From: Gemmatimonadota bacterium
Lineage (GTDB): Bacteria > Gemmatimonadota > Gemmatimonadetes > Gemmatimonadales > GWC2-71-9
Length of the DNA stretch: 64,000 bases
Direction of reading: 5' to 3'
Assembly: GCA_039591655.1 (NCBI GenBank)
Contig: JBDHDE010000001.1
Location: forward strand, 1-64,000
The position numbers and the translations under genes are program-made. Positions 20,908-28,915 of the stretch are shown piece after piece. Each line of letters opens with the position of its first letter. Within the stretch, counting starts at the first letter, position 1. The notes beneath the pieces are model-generated. The model saw nothing but the letters and a program-made list of their open reading frames with translations. It made no database searches and was not told where the DNA came from.

Positions 20908-20936
20908 AAAGTCGCCTGCTTCGGGCCGGTTGTAAA
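20908..20936 (-). promoter_or_regulatory. Putative sigma70-type promoter for the receiver gene
   Basis: TTTACA-N17-GACTTT on the minus strand. Confidence 0.4.
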
Positions 20937-20938
20937 TG

Positions 20939-20967
20939 GCGGCGCCCGGCACTGGGCCGGGCGCCGC
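20939..20967. repeat. Hairpin copy 2; 23-bp core identical to 20247-20269
   Basis: GCGCCCGGCACTGGGCCGGGCGC at 20942-20964. Confidence 0.85.
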
Positions 20968-21010
20968 GCCGACGAGGCCGTAGTGCTGGCGACGCCTGGT
21001 GCGTCGTCAG

Positions 21011-21424
21011 CTACTGCACCCGCTGGGCCTGGGTTCTCAGATTCGCCGGTTCGTTGTACGCTTCCCTGAACTCCCCGGTGTAGACGATCTGGATGGTCTG
21101 TCCCTCGACCAATCCCTGCTTGCGGTGGGACACCACGGTCACCTTCCGCCGACACTCCCCGCCCCGGACTTCCTCGATGTCGCGTTCCACCACTGCCTGC
21201 AGGTGGTCGTCATAGGCGCCGGCCCACACGTAGATGTCGCTATTCGACCAGCAGTCGCCGGTTGTTACTCTGGCCTGGCTCTCGCCTACGAGGTCGAACA
21301 GGGCCCAGATCGCGATGAGCACCGTCACGATGGCCGGCCACCCCCCTCCGGGCCACCCCGGAACGGGCTTGGCGATGGTCGGCTTCTGTTCCTGCTCGGG
21401 GCCCGAATCGCTGGGCATGAGCAC
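21011..21424 (-). CDS. Hypothetical membrane-anchored protein
   Basis: One TM (WPAIVTVLIAIWALF) followed by a small domain with 2 Cys. SD-like GGGGAGG upstream. Confidence 0.6.
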   Translation of the reverse strand: MLMPSDSGPEQEQKPTIAKPVPGWPGGGWPAIVTVLIAIWALFDLVGESQARVTTGDCWSNSDIYVWAGAYDDHLQAVVERDIEEVRGGECRRKVTVVSHRKQGLVEGQTIQIVYTGEFREAYNEPANLRTQAQRVQ

Positions 21425-21603
21425 CTCCCCTGCCTCGGGGGGACCCTACTGAGGCGGTCATACCCATCCTACTGTAGGAGCCGGTCCCGGCGCTGTGACC
21501 GGCCGCACTGAGGGGAGCGCGATGGAACACGGCGCAGGAGAAGGCTTCAGAAGAGGGCGCGGGCCGCCGCACGCGACGGTCCGCGCCCAGTTTGCCGCGT
21601 CGA

Positions 21604-21686
21604 TGCCCGAGGAGGGAGTCGAACCCTCATGCCGTTGCCGGCACGGGATTTTGAGTCCCGCGTGTCTGCCATTCCACCACTCGGGC
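21604..21686 (-). tRNA. tRNA-Leu(CAA), CCA not encoded
   Basis: GCCCGAG TGGTGGAATGGCAGACAC GCGGGA CTCAAAA TCCCG long variable arm GAGGGTTCGACTCCCTC CTCGGGC A. Confidence 0.97.
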
Positions 21687-21805
21687 TTGAGTCAATGTAA
21701 CCCGCTGCCGAGCTTCGAGGAGCAGCCCAGGAAGGTGGAGCGACTGGCGCAATCCCACACCGCGTGTAATGTATGGCGCTCCTGTCGCCTTAGGGCACTC
21801 TTCGG

Positions 21806-22141
21806 ATGCTCGAGATCGCCGGGTTCTTTGCGGCCCTTATCGTGGGCGGGACCGTCGTCGGTAACGTTCTCGGCGTGGTCCTCGGCGCCACGCTCGGGCG
21901 CATCCTCCAGCGCAAGCAGGTGCTGAACACGTTTGGCCAGGCCGTCAGCGTCGGCGTGGCGGGAGCCCTGTACCGGGAGTACGTGGGGCTGGGCGGGTTG
22001 GCACCGAGCTGGCTGTTCCCGCTGGGCGTGGCGTTCGTGACGTTCATGCTGCACCGCTTCGAAGGCCGCTGGTGGTGGACAGCCCCACTCCTGGCTCTGA
22101 TGGCCGCCTACACCACGCTGGAGGTGCTGGCGCTGCGCTAG
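21806..22141 (+). CDS. Small hypothetical integral membrane protein
   Basis: 111 aa, about 4 hydrophobic segments. Confidence 0.65.
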   Translation: MLEIAGFFAALIVGGTVVGNVLGVVLGATLGRILQRKQVLNTFGQAVSVGVAGALYREYVGLGGLAPSWLFPLGVAFVTFMLHRFEGRWWWTAPLLALMAAYTTLEVLALR

Positions 22142-22246
22142 CCGACGTGGCTTGAGCACCGAGAGCGTCACGCCGTTCTCACCACGTGCGAATCTCCAGA
22201 ACCCGAGCAAACCGCTCGGAACGCTCCCCACACATCGCAACGCCCA

Positions 22247-22273
22247 CGAAACCCGCCTCCACTAGCGAACGTA
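22247..22273 (+). promoter_or_regulatory. Putative ECF-sigma promoter for the M28 peptidase
   Basis: CGAAAC-N17-CGTA, 38 nt upstream of ATG 22312. Confidence 0.45.
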
Positions 22274-22311
22274 CGGGGGTACTGAGGTCCCCCCGATTAC
22301 GAGGCTCACCA

Positions 22312-23883
22312 ATGAAACGGCTCATTCCTTTGCTTGTGCTCCCCTGCGTCGTCGCCGCCACGACGTCGCCGCTGCTCGCCCAAGCCGTAACCGACCCCTC
22401 GCCGCAGGTGGTGTCTGCCGACTTGCGCAGCGCCATCGAGACCATCACCGAGGCCGACTTCCGGGCCAAGCTCGGCGCGTTGGCTCACGACTCGACCCGC
22501 GGTCGCGAGACCCCGAGCCCGGAGCTGGAGCGCGCCACGGAGTGGGTCGCCGCCCAGTTCCACAGCGCGGGCCTGCGCCCCGGCGGCTACGCGGGCAGCT
22601 ACTTCCAGCAGTTCCAGCTGGCCCTAGCGCAGGCCGACTCACTCAGCGTGATGTCGGTCTTGGGTCCCGGCGTGCAGTCGACGTGGGCGTTCGGCCGGGA
22701 TCTCGTGTACACGACCAACTTGCCGCCGGTCGAGCTCCCGGAAGCACCCGTCCTGCTGCTCCCTGGCATCCCCCAGGATCTGTCCCATCCGTTCGGCGAC
22801 GCGTCGGTCCGCGGGGCCGTGGTCTTGCACGTAGCGGCATTCGAGGAGATCCGTGGCTCGGTGCTGAACCCGCTGGTCAGGGCGGCGCAGGAAGGTGGGG
22901 CGGTCGCCTGGGTCATCGTCACGGCGATCCCGCCCGAGATGTTCACTCGGTTCTTGCGGCCCACGTTCATGCCACGCTGGGAGCTGGTGGGTGCCGCGCC
23001 CGACCAACGTGATGTCATGGTGTTCGGAGTGCAGGCGGGCGCCGCGGAACCGCTAATGCGCGGGATCGGAGAAGACTACGCCGCCCTGGTGGCAGCGGCC
23101 GGAGAGGGGGTCCGGGCCCTGGACGGCGTCACGATCTCGTTCGCGCCGAACTTCACCACCCAACAGCAGGTGACCGTAGCCAACGTCGTGGGCGTGCTGG
23201 AAGGCAGCGACCCAACCCTGCGTGACGAGGCGGTGGTCTTCACCAGCCACATGGATCATGTGGGGGTCGTCGGTGGGCGGTGCCGGCGGTCCGAGACCCT
23301 GCCGGCGGACTCGATCTGCAACGGCGCCGACGACAATGCCTCCGGCACCGTAGGCGTGATAGAGCTGGCCGAGGCGTTCGCGGCACTCGAGCCGCGCCCG
23401 GCCCGCACCCTGATCTTCGCGGCCGTGAGCGCCGAGGAGCGGGGGCTCTTCGGCTCGCGCTTCTATGTCGACCACCCCGTCATCCCGCTCGACAAGACGG
23501 TGGCGGAGATCAACCTGGACATGATCGCGCGCAATCCGCGGGACACCGTCGGCTTCGTCGGTAAGGATTACAGCTCGATGGGGGCGCTGGTGGACCGGAT
23601 GGTCCGGGAGCACCCGGAGCTTCGGCTTGTGCCCACCGAGCACGAGGGGCTGTACCCCAACTCGGACCACTACCCCTTCGCCCAGCGGGGCGTGCCGGCG
23701 CTGTTCTTCTTCAGCGGCGAGCACGACGATCTGCATACGGCGGCGGACAACCCGGAGCGGGCGGACGCGGAGCAGGCGGCCCGGATCGTCCGGCTCGCAT
23801 TCCTGGTCGGGCTCGACGTGGCGAATGGCGCCAGCGTACCGACCTGGGACCCGGAGGCGCGCGCCCGCATCGTGGAGCCCTAG
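22312..23883 (+). CDS. Secreted M28 family aminopeptidase with PA-like insert
   Basis: Signal peptide, RGRETPS, SHMDHVG, NGADDNASG, AEERGLFGS, NLDMI, SDHYPF, LHTAAD. Confidence 0.93.
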   Translation: MKRLIPLLVLPCVVAATTSPLLAQAVTDPSPQVVSADLRSAIETITEADFRAKLGALAHDSTRGRETPSPELERATEWVAAQFHSAGLRPGGYAGSYFQQFQLALAQADSLSVMSVLGPGVQSTWAFGRDLVYTTNLPPVELPEAPVLLLPGIPQDLSHPFGDASVRGAVVLHVAAFEEIRGSVLNPLVRAAQEGGAVAWVIVTAIPPEMFTRFLRPTFMPRWELVGAAPDQRDVMVFGVQAGAAEPLMRGIGEDYAALVAAAGEGVRALDGVTISFAPNFTTQQQVTVANVVGVLEGSDPTLRDEAVVFTSHMDHVGVVGGRCRRSETLPADSICNGADDNASGTVGVIELAEAFAALEPRPARTLIFAAVSAEERGLFGSRFYVDHPVIPLDKTVAEINLDMIARNPRDTVGFVGKDYSSMGALVDRMVREHPELRLVPTEHEGLYPNSDHYPFAQRGVPALFFFSGEHDDLHTAADNPERADAEQAARIVRLAFLVGLDVANGASVPTWDPEARARIVEP

Positions 23884-23937
23884 CGCCGCCCCGCAGCGGC
23901 ACGGTGAGCGCCCCGGCCCGCCACGCCCGTAGCGCAA

Positions 23938-23968
23938 GAGCCCCGGTCCAGTGACCGGGGCTCGTTTT
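23938..23968 (+). terminator. Intrinsic terminator after the M28 gene
   Basis: GAGCCCCGGTC-cagt-GACCGGGGCTC-GTTTT. Confidence 0.8.
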
Positions 23969-24016
23969 CATGGTCGGAGTGCTTCCCGTGGGGTGGTTGG
24001 GGGGGTCGCCGCCCGC

Positions 24017-24502
24017 TCACGGCATTCCCGGCGGCCCCCGCTGCTGCCTGCCCGCCCTCACACGCTCGATCTGCATCTGGAGCCGGCGCCACGAGAGCAG
24101 CAGCTGCGCCTGCTGCACCGGAGTCAGGAACGATCCCCACTCCTGCAGCTCGGCCCGGGCCTGCTCGAGGCGCTCCTCCTGCACCGCGATGAGATCGTTC
24201 ATGAGCGTCGTCAGGCTATCCTCGTCGGCGGCGACGCCTGGCCGCATCTGGTCATGCAGCGCCATCCACAGCTCGCGCTCGCGCCGCAGCAGTTGGGAGC
24301 GGGCTTCGAACGAGCTCCGCGCGGTCTCCTGAAAGCGTTGGAACTGCTCGTCGCTCAGGCCGGCCTGGTCGCGGTAGTTCTGCATGAAGCGCTGCACGAT
24401 CTGCTGCTGGAGTTGCTGTCGCTGCATGGGCGGCTCCTGCCCGGAGAGCGGCTGTGCGGCGACGGCAGCCAACACGGGGAGTATCCAGAGACTGCGCATC
24501 AT
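24017..24502 (-). CDS. Periplasmic helical Spy/CpxP-like sensor or chaperone
   Basis: Signal peptide, LSDEQ and LTPVQ (LTxxQ-type) motifs, Gln-rich helices. Confidence 0.75.
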   Translation of the reverse strand: MMRSLWILPVLAAVAAQPLSGQEPPMQRQQLQQQIVQRFMQNYRDQAGLSDEQFQRFQETARSSFEARSQLLRRERELWMALHDQMRPGVAADEDSLTTLMNDLIAVQEERLEQARAELQEWGSFLTPVQQAQLLLSWRRLQMQIERVRAGRQQRGPPGMP

Positions 24503-24915
24503 CCCTCCAACGATTCGAGCAGCGTACTCAGCTCGGCTTCGCTCAGTTCATCCAGCCCTGCAGGCACCAGCTCGTAGACCGGCGCCTCTGATTCCAGGGA
24601 GTCCAGCACCGCGGAGAGCTCCGCCTCGGCGAGCTGCTCCAGGCTGACTTGCACCGGTACCTCGCCCGCGGCCTGTGCCTGGGGACCTCCGAGCTGGCGG
24701 ACGCCCAATGCCACGGCGGCGACGATGGCTGCGGCGGCCAGTGCCTGGAGAACCGGCATGCGGCGGCGCCAGACCGGGCGCTGCCAGGAGGCCTCCTCAG
24801 CGGGCTCTGCACGGAGGCGGGCGAGCACGCCCTGGGCGGTCGCCTCGGGGTCGATCTCCCCTGCCCGCTTCCGGCCGAGCTCAGCCGCCAGTCGCTCGAT
24901 CTGCTTCTCGTCCAT
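24499..24915 (-). CDS. Putative anti-sigma factor (single TM)
   Basis: Directly downstream of the ECF sigma. Short cytoplasmic part, one TM, repeated LxxLxEAELSxLLxSLE helices. Confidence 0.7.
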   Translation of the reverse strand: MDEKQIERLAAELGRKRAGEIDPEATAQGVLARLRAEPAEEASWQRPVWRRRMPVLQALAAAAIVAAVALGVRQLGGPQAQAAGEVPVQVSLEQLAEAELSAVLDSLESEAPVYELVPAGLDELSEAELSTLLESLEG

Positions 24916-24938
24916 CTCGTCCCCGCTCGTTCGAGGCC

Positions 24939-24964
24939 GTCGCTGCCCCCGTTCTCACGTTTCC
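24939..24964 (-). promoter_or_regulatory. Putative internal ECF promoter upstream of the anti-sigma
   Basis: GGAAAC-N16-CGAC on the minus strand in the 59-nt sigma/anti-sigma gap. Confidence 0.45.
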
Positions 24965-24974
24965 CGCCTCCCGA

Positions 24975-25523
24975 CTATTGCAGCATCCGCTTGAGCCGCT
25001 TGACCGCCTGGTGGTAGTGCACCCGCGCGGCCCCGACGGAAGTCTCCAGGGCCTCTGCAATCTCCCGGTACTCAGCTCCCTGCTGGGCGCGCATCAGAAA
25101 GACGTCGCGCTGCATCGGCGGGAGCTGCCCAACCGCCTCCTCTAGCCGTCCCACCAGATCCCGCTCCACCACCTCGTCATGAGGATTGCTGCTCTCATCC
25201 CTGAGCTCGTGACCCTCCAGTGCGACTACTTTTCGCCCCCGACCGCGGCGCCGCAAGTCCTTCAGGGCGTTGGAGCCGATCGCCATGAGCCAGGTGCTGA
25301 AGCTGGCCTTCCCGCGATAGCCCTCGATCCGGCGAAACGCCCGGAAGAAGGTCTCCTGCACCAGATCGTCCAAGTCCTCCCGGGCCCCTGCCGCGGCCAG
25401 GAACCGCGCCACAGCTGGTGCGTGCCGCCGCACCAGCTCCGTCGCCGCCGCCTCGTCGCCTCCGCGCCACCTCGCGATGAGCTGGGCGTCACCGGGAGGC
25501 TCGACGGCCTCAGGCACCCTCAC
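24975..25523 (-). CDS. ECF RNA polymerase sigma factor
   Basis: DDLVQETFFRAF, FSTWLMAIGSN, LPPMQRDVF, YREIAEAL..VGAARVHYHQA. Confidence 0.95.
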   Translation of the reverse strand: MRVPEAVEPPGDAQLIARWRGGDEAAATELVRRHAPAVARFLAAAGAREDLDDLVQETFFRAFRRIEGYRGKASFSTWLMAIGSNALKDLRRRGRGRKVVALEGHELRDESSNPHDEVVERDLVGRLEEAVGQLPPMQRDVFLMRAQQGAEYREIAEALETSVGAARVHYHQAVKRLKRMLQ

Positions 25524-25532
25524 ACCTCGTTG

Positions 25533-25558
25533 GACGTCTCACGGTGCCCAAAGTTAAC
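25533..25558 (-). promoter_or_regulatory. Putative autoregulatory ECF promoter
   Basis: GTTAAC-N16-CGTC(CAA) ending 9 nt before the sigma GTG. Confidence 0.45.
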
Positions 25559-25653
25559 GCCAACTCCAAGAGGGATTGTGGGTTGCGCCGGCGGTCGGTG
25601 GTCGCCGCCGAACCGGGGGGCGCGGCTCGCGGATCCCGGCCAAGCCCCCCCCG

Positions 25654-25682
25654 TTGACCAAACGGGAGCGATCTGATAGGTT
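25654..25682 (+). promoter_or_regulatory. Sigma70-type promoter of the paa-like operon
   Basis: TTGACC-N17-TAGGTT. Confidence 0.75.
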
Positions 25683-25690
25683 TTGCGCTC

Positions 25691-25704
25691 CGAACGAACG
25701 TTCG
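25691..25704. promoter_or_regulatory. PaaR-type TetR operator
   Basis: CGAACGAACGTTCG fits the Thermus thermophilus PaaR consensus CNAACGNNCGTTNG as I recall it. It lies between the -10 and the TetR ATG. Confidence 0.75.
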
Positions 25705-25705
25705 A

Positions 25706-26311
25706 ATGGCATCCAAAGCATACGACGAGCGCCTCGAGCGCCTGCTCTCGACCGCCGCCCGGGTCTTCGCCGCCAAGGGCTACCATCCCACTACGATGCG
25801 GGACCTCTCCCGCGCCACCGGGATGAGCCTGGCGGGGATGTACTACTACGTCGAGGGCAAGGATGAGCTCCTGGGGCTCATCCAGGAGCGGTGCTTTGCC
25901 CAGGTCGTGGACGGGGCGGAGGGCGCCCTGAGCCGGTTTACCGATCCGGCCGAGCGGCTGCAGCGCTTCATCCGGCACCACGTGACGTTCTTCGCCGAGC
26001 ACATGGCGGAGATGAAGGTCCTGTCCCACGAGGCCGAGAGCCTCTCCCGGGAGCGCCAAGCGGCCATCGGCGAGCTCAAGCGGCGCTACGTGGCGCTCCT
26101 GGTGCGCCTCCTGCACGAGGCCGGGATCGCGCGCAACGAGCGCCCCGACCCCAAGGTCGCCGCCTACGCGCTATTCGGCATGATGAACTGGATCTACACC
26201 TGGTACGACCCCAAGGGCCGCGTGCCGCCCCAGGCCCTCGCCGAGCAGTTCACCGAGCTGTTCCTGCACGGCGTGAACCGGTCCGGCCCGTCTCCGCCGC
26301 ACCTGGCGTGA
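25706..26311 (+). CDS. TetR family regulator (PaaR/KstR2-like)
   Basis: AARVFAAKGYHPTTMRDLS..GMYYYVEGKDELL HTH, LFGMMNWIYTWY C-terminal motif. Confidence 0.92.
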   Translation: MASKAYDERLERLLSTAARVFAAKGYHPTTMRDLSRATGMSLAGMYYYVEGKDELLGLIQERCFAQVVDGAEGALSRFTDPAERLQRFIRHHVTFFAEHMAEMKVLSHEAESLSRERQAAIGELKRRYVALLVRLLHEAGIARNERPDPKVAAYALFGMMNWIYTWYDPKGRVPPQALAEQFTELFLHGVNRSGPSPPHLA

Positions 26312-26353
26312 GGGACCTGGTGCCATGACCCACTCGCGAGCGAGGACCCAGCG

Positions 26354-27310
26354 GTGACCGCACAGAAGAAGCGTGACGCAGCAGAGCAGGCGCTGATCGA
26401 CAAGATCAACGGTGGGTTCATGGTGGAGTCCGAGGAGGACATGACCCCGGGCTACAAGAAGGCCCTGCTCACGCAGCTCACCGTGCAGGGCGACACCGAG
26501 CTGATGAGCGCCCCGGCCTACTACCTGGCGGCCCGGGACGCCCCCACCATCGACAGTCGCATCGCCGTGACGGCCATCGTCCACGACGAGCTGGGGCACG
26601 CCAACATCGCGTACCGCATCATGGAGGACCTCGGCGTGGACAAGCGGTGGCTCGTCTACGGCCGCGAGCCCCACGAGTTCAAGCACCCGTACGGCTTCGA
26701 CCAGCCCCTGGAGAACTGGGCGGAGATGGTCGTGGCGAACGGATTCTTCGACCGCGCCGGAATCACGCTCCTGGGTGATGTGCACCAGCACACCAGCTAC
26801 GGTCCCCTCAAGCGGGCGCTGGTGAAGGTCGACCGGGAGGAGGTCCTGCACCTGCGCCACGGGGAGTCCTGGATGCGGCGCCTGGCCAAGGCCGGCGGCG
26901 AGGCCAAGGAGGCGCTGCAGCGGGCGGTGGACTGGATGTTCGTGATGACGCTCGAGTGGTTCGGTCTACCCGACGACCTCAAGCGCCACTCGGGACAGCT
27001 GGTATACCGGCTCAAGGGCAAGACCAACGACCAGCTGCGCCAGACCTGGATGGAGGCCACGGTGCCGCTGTGCGAGGGAATCGGGATCGACGTCCCGGCG
27101 CACCATGACGAGGTCAAGCAGGAATACGTCATCGAGTGCCCGTTCCCGTGCCAGTACGACCCGAAAGCGAAGCGCTGGCTCTATGAGGAGCCGCTCGACT
27201 GGGATCGGGTGTTCCAGCGGTGGAAGGGGCGTGGACCCATGAACCAGCGCTACGTGGAGATGGTTCAGGGCAACGGCGGCATCTTCGGTGGCCGGCTGTG
27301 GCAAGCGTAG
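26354..27310 (+). CDS. paaA: Aryl-CoA epoxidase catalytic diiron subunit (PaaA-like)
   Basis: Ferritin-like ligands DTE, DELGH, FFD, EEVLH. SYGPLKRAL, GKTNDQLRQTW, WKGRGP. Confidence 0.85.
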   Translation: MTAQKKRDAAEQALIDKINGGFMVESEEDMTPGYKKALLTQLTVQGDTELMSAPAYYLAARDAPTIDSRIAVTAIVHDELGHANIAYRIMEDLGVDKRWLVYGREPHEFKHPYGFDQPLENWAEMVVANGFFDRAGITLLGDVHQHTSYGPLKRALVKVDREEVLHLRHGESWMRRLAKAGGEAKEALQRAVDWMFVMTLEWFGLPDDLKRHSGQLVYRLKGKTNDQLRQTWMEATVPLCEGIGIDVPAHHDEVKQEYVIECPFPCQYDPKAKRWLYEEPLDWDRVFQRWKGRGPMNQRYVEMVQGNGGIFGGRLWQA

Positions 27311-27612
27311 GCGAGGTGTGGGATGCGCTGGGCCGGGTGAGCGATCCCGAGTACCCGCTCAGCATCGTCGATCTGGGAATTGTGTACGGCGTGCGAGTGG
27401 ACGAGACCGGTGTCGCGCACATCGACGTCACGTTCACCTCCATCGGGTGCCCCGCCATCGACATGATCTGCTCGGATGTGCGCGACGCGGTACGAAGGGT
27501 GCCGGGCGTCGCCGAGGTGCGGGTGGAGATCGTGTGGAGCCCGCCCTGGACCAAGCAGCGGATCACCGACCGGGGTCGCCGGGTCCTGCGGATCTACGGC
27601 GTGGTCAACTAG
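27298..27612 (+). CDS. PaaD N-terminal-like DUF59/Fe-S assembly domain protein
   Basis: VWDALGRVSDPEYPLSIVDLGIV, TSIGCPAIDMI, WSPPWT..ITDRGR. GTG start at 27298. Confidence 0.88.
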   Translation: MASVGEVWDALGRVSDPEYPLSIVDLGIVYGVRVDETGVAHIDVTFTSIGCPAIDMICSDVRDAVRRVPGVAEVRVEIVWSPPWTKQRITDRGRRVLRIYGVVN

Positions 27613-27628
27613 CCGAAAGGAAGCGTTG

Positions 27629-27844
27629 ATGAGCGACGCTCGGGTCTACGAGGTGTTTGCCCGGAAGGACCACAACGAGGCGCTGAAGCACGTCGGCAGT
27701 GTGAACGCCGCCGACGATGATCTTGCGAAGGCGTATGCCTGGACCATGTACGACGAGGAGAGCTGGGTGGAGATGTGCGCGGTCCCCCGCAGCGCCTTCA
27801 TTCCCATCACCCACGACGGCGCGGTGCCGCTGTGGGGCAACTAG
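27629..27844 (+). CDS. paaB: Epoxidase subunit PaaB-like
   Basis: YEVFARK..HVGSVNAADDDLA..VPRSA. Confidence 0.82.
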   Translation: MSDARVYEVFARKDHNEALKHVGSVNAADDDLAKAYAWTMYDEESWVEMCAVPRSAFIPITHDGAVPLWGN

Positions 27845-27873
27845 TCACACCCGCCACCCGACCGTCGAACGCG

Positions 27874-28698
27874 ATGACGACACCGACGACCAGCGAATTC
27901 GAGTCGCCCGCGGCGATGAGCCAGGTTTGCGCTACCAGCCTGCGCAATCTCCTCGTGGCCCTCGCCGACACGAAGCTCCTCCTCGGCTACCACTACGGCG
28001 AGTGGACGTTCGGTCCGCCGGAGCTGGAGGCCGCGATCGCGGGCTGCTCCTTGTGCCAGACCGAACTGGGACACGTGCGGCTGCTGCATGGATTGCTGAA
28101 GCGCTACTACGGGGATGAGCCGGTGAGCCTCATCGAGGATCGCCCGGCGACGGCGTTCGCCAATGTCTCATATCTCGACCAGGAGCTCGAGGATTGGGCG
28201 GGCCTGGTCGCCGCCAACTACGCCGTGGACCTGGCGGCCACGCGGTTGCTCCATGCCTTGCGGGGCTCCGCGTTCACGCCGTTGCGCATGAGCCTCGAGA
28301 AGATGCTCGATGAGGAGCGCTACCACATCCACCACGGGCAGGGGTGGTTCCGGACCCTGGCACAGAAGGGCGACGAAACGCGGCAAGCCGTGGAGGCGAG
28401 CGTTCGGCGGGCTTTGGAGACCGTCGTCGAGTGGTTCGGACCGGCGGACGAGAGCGAGGACCTGGAGCTGGTGCAGGGCGGTGTGAAGTCCCGGACCAAC
28501 CGGGAGGTGCTGCAGGATCTCCTGGACGACGTGTCCCAGACGGCCACGCCCCTCGGCATGCGGATCGACGTCGAGCTGCCCGAGCAGATGCCCGGCTGGA
28601 GCCCCACCACGCGCCGCAGTGGGGGCGCGGGACCGGAGGAAGAGATCCTCTACCATCTCCGGGGCAGCAAGAACGCCGTCTTCAAGCTGCGCTCTTGA
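27874..28698 (+). CDS. paaC: Epoxidase structural subunit PaaC-like
   Basis: LADTKLLLG..GEWTFGPPELEAAIA, TELGH, DEERYHIHHG..W. Confidence 0.85.
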   Translation: MTTPTTSEFESPAAMSQVCATSLRNLLVALADTKLLLGYHYGEWTFGPPELEAAIAGCSLCQTELGHVRLLHGLLKRYYGDEPVSLIEDRPATAFANVSYLDQELEDWAGLVAANYAVDLAATRLLHALRGSAFTPLRMSLEKMLDEERYHIHHGQGWFRTLAQKGDETRQAVEASVRRALETVVEWFGPADESEDLELVQGGVKSRTNREVLQDLLDDVSQTATPLGMRIDVELPEQMPGWSPTTRRSGGAGPEEEILYHLRGSKNAVFKLRS

Positions 28699-28889
28699 GC
28701 ACACAGGCGAAGACGTGCCCGTTCTGTCGCTCGACCGAGACGGAGAAGCAGAGCGACTTCGGCACATCGCTCATGGTGGCGTTGTACTACTGCCGGCGCT
28801 GCCGCTCGTCGTTCGAAGCGATCAAGTGGGGTGATAGATCGGCGGAGCTGGATCTCCCCGATTTTCTCAAGGAACACGAATCCCGGTAA
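28695..28889 (+). CDS. Stand-alone PaaD C-terminal zinc-ribbon protein
   Basis: TTG overlaps the paaC TGA. CPFCRS..SDFGTS..LYYCRRCRSSFEAIK. Confidence 0.8.
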   Translation: MSTQAKTCPFCRSTETEKQSDFGTSLMVALYYCRRCRSSFEAIKWGDRSAELDLPDFLKEHESR

Positions 28890-28915
28890 CGGTAACTGAA
28901 GGAGGATGCACACAG

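Noticed and set aside
20244..20967. CRISPR array or integron attC sites from the repeated hairpin
   Set aside because: Only two copies, about 695 bp apart. No cas or intI gene, and no GTTRRRY/RYYYAAC ends.
17229..21686. tRNA-Leu-anchored genomic island or prophage
   Set aside because: Accessory-looking small genes lie downstream of the tRNA, but I found no integrase, transposase, phage gene or duplicated tRNA 3' end, and no obvious GC shift.
27629..27844. Radical-SAM-partnered RiPP precursor (PaaB-homologous small-protein family)
   Set aside because: No radical SAM gene is nearby. The position among paaA/paaC genes explains it as PaaB.
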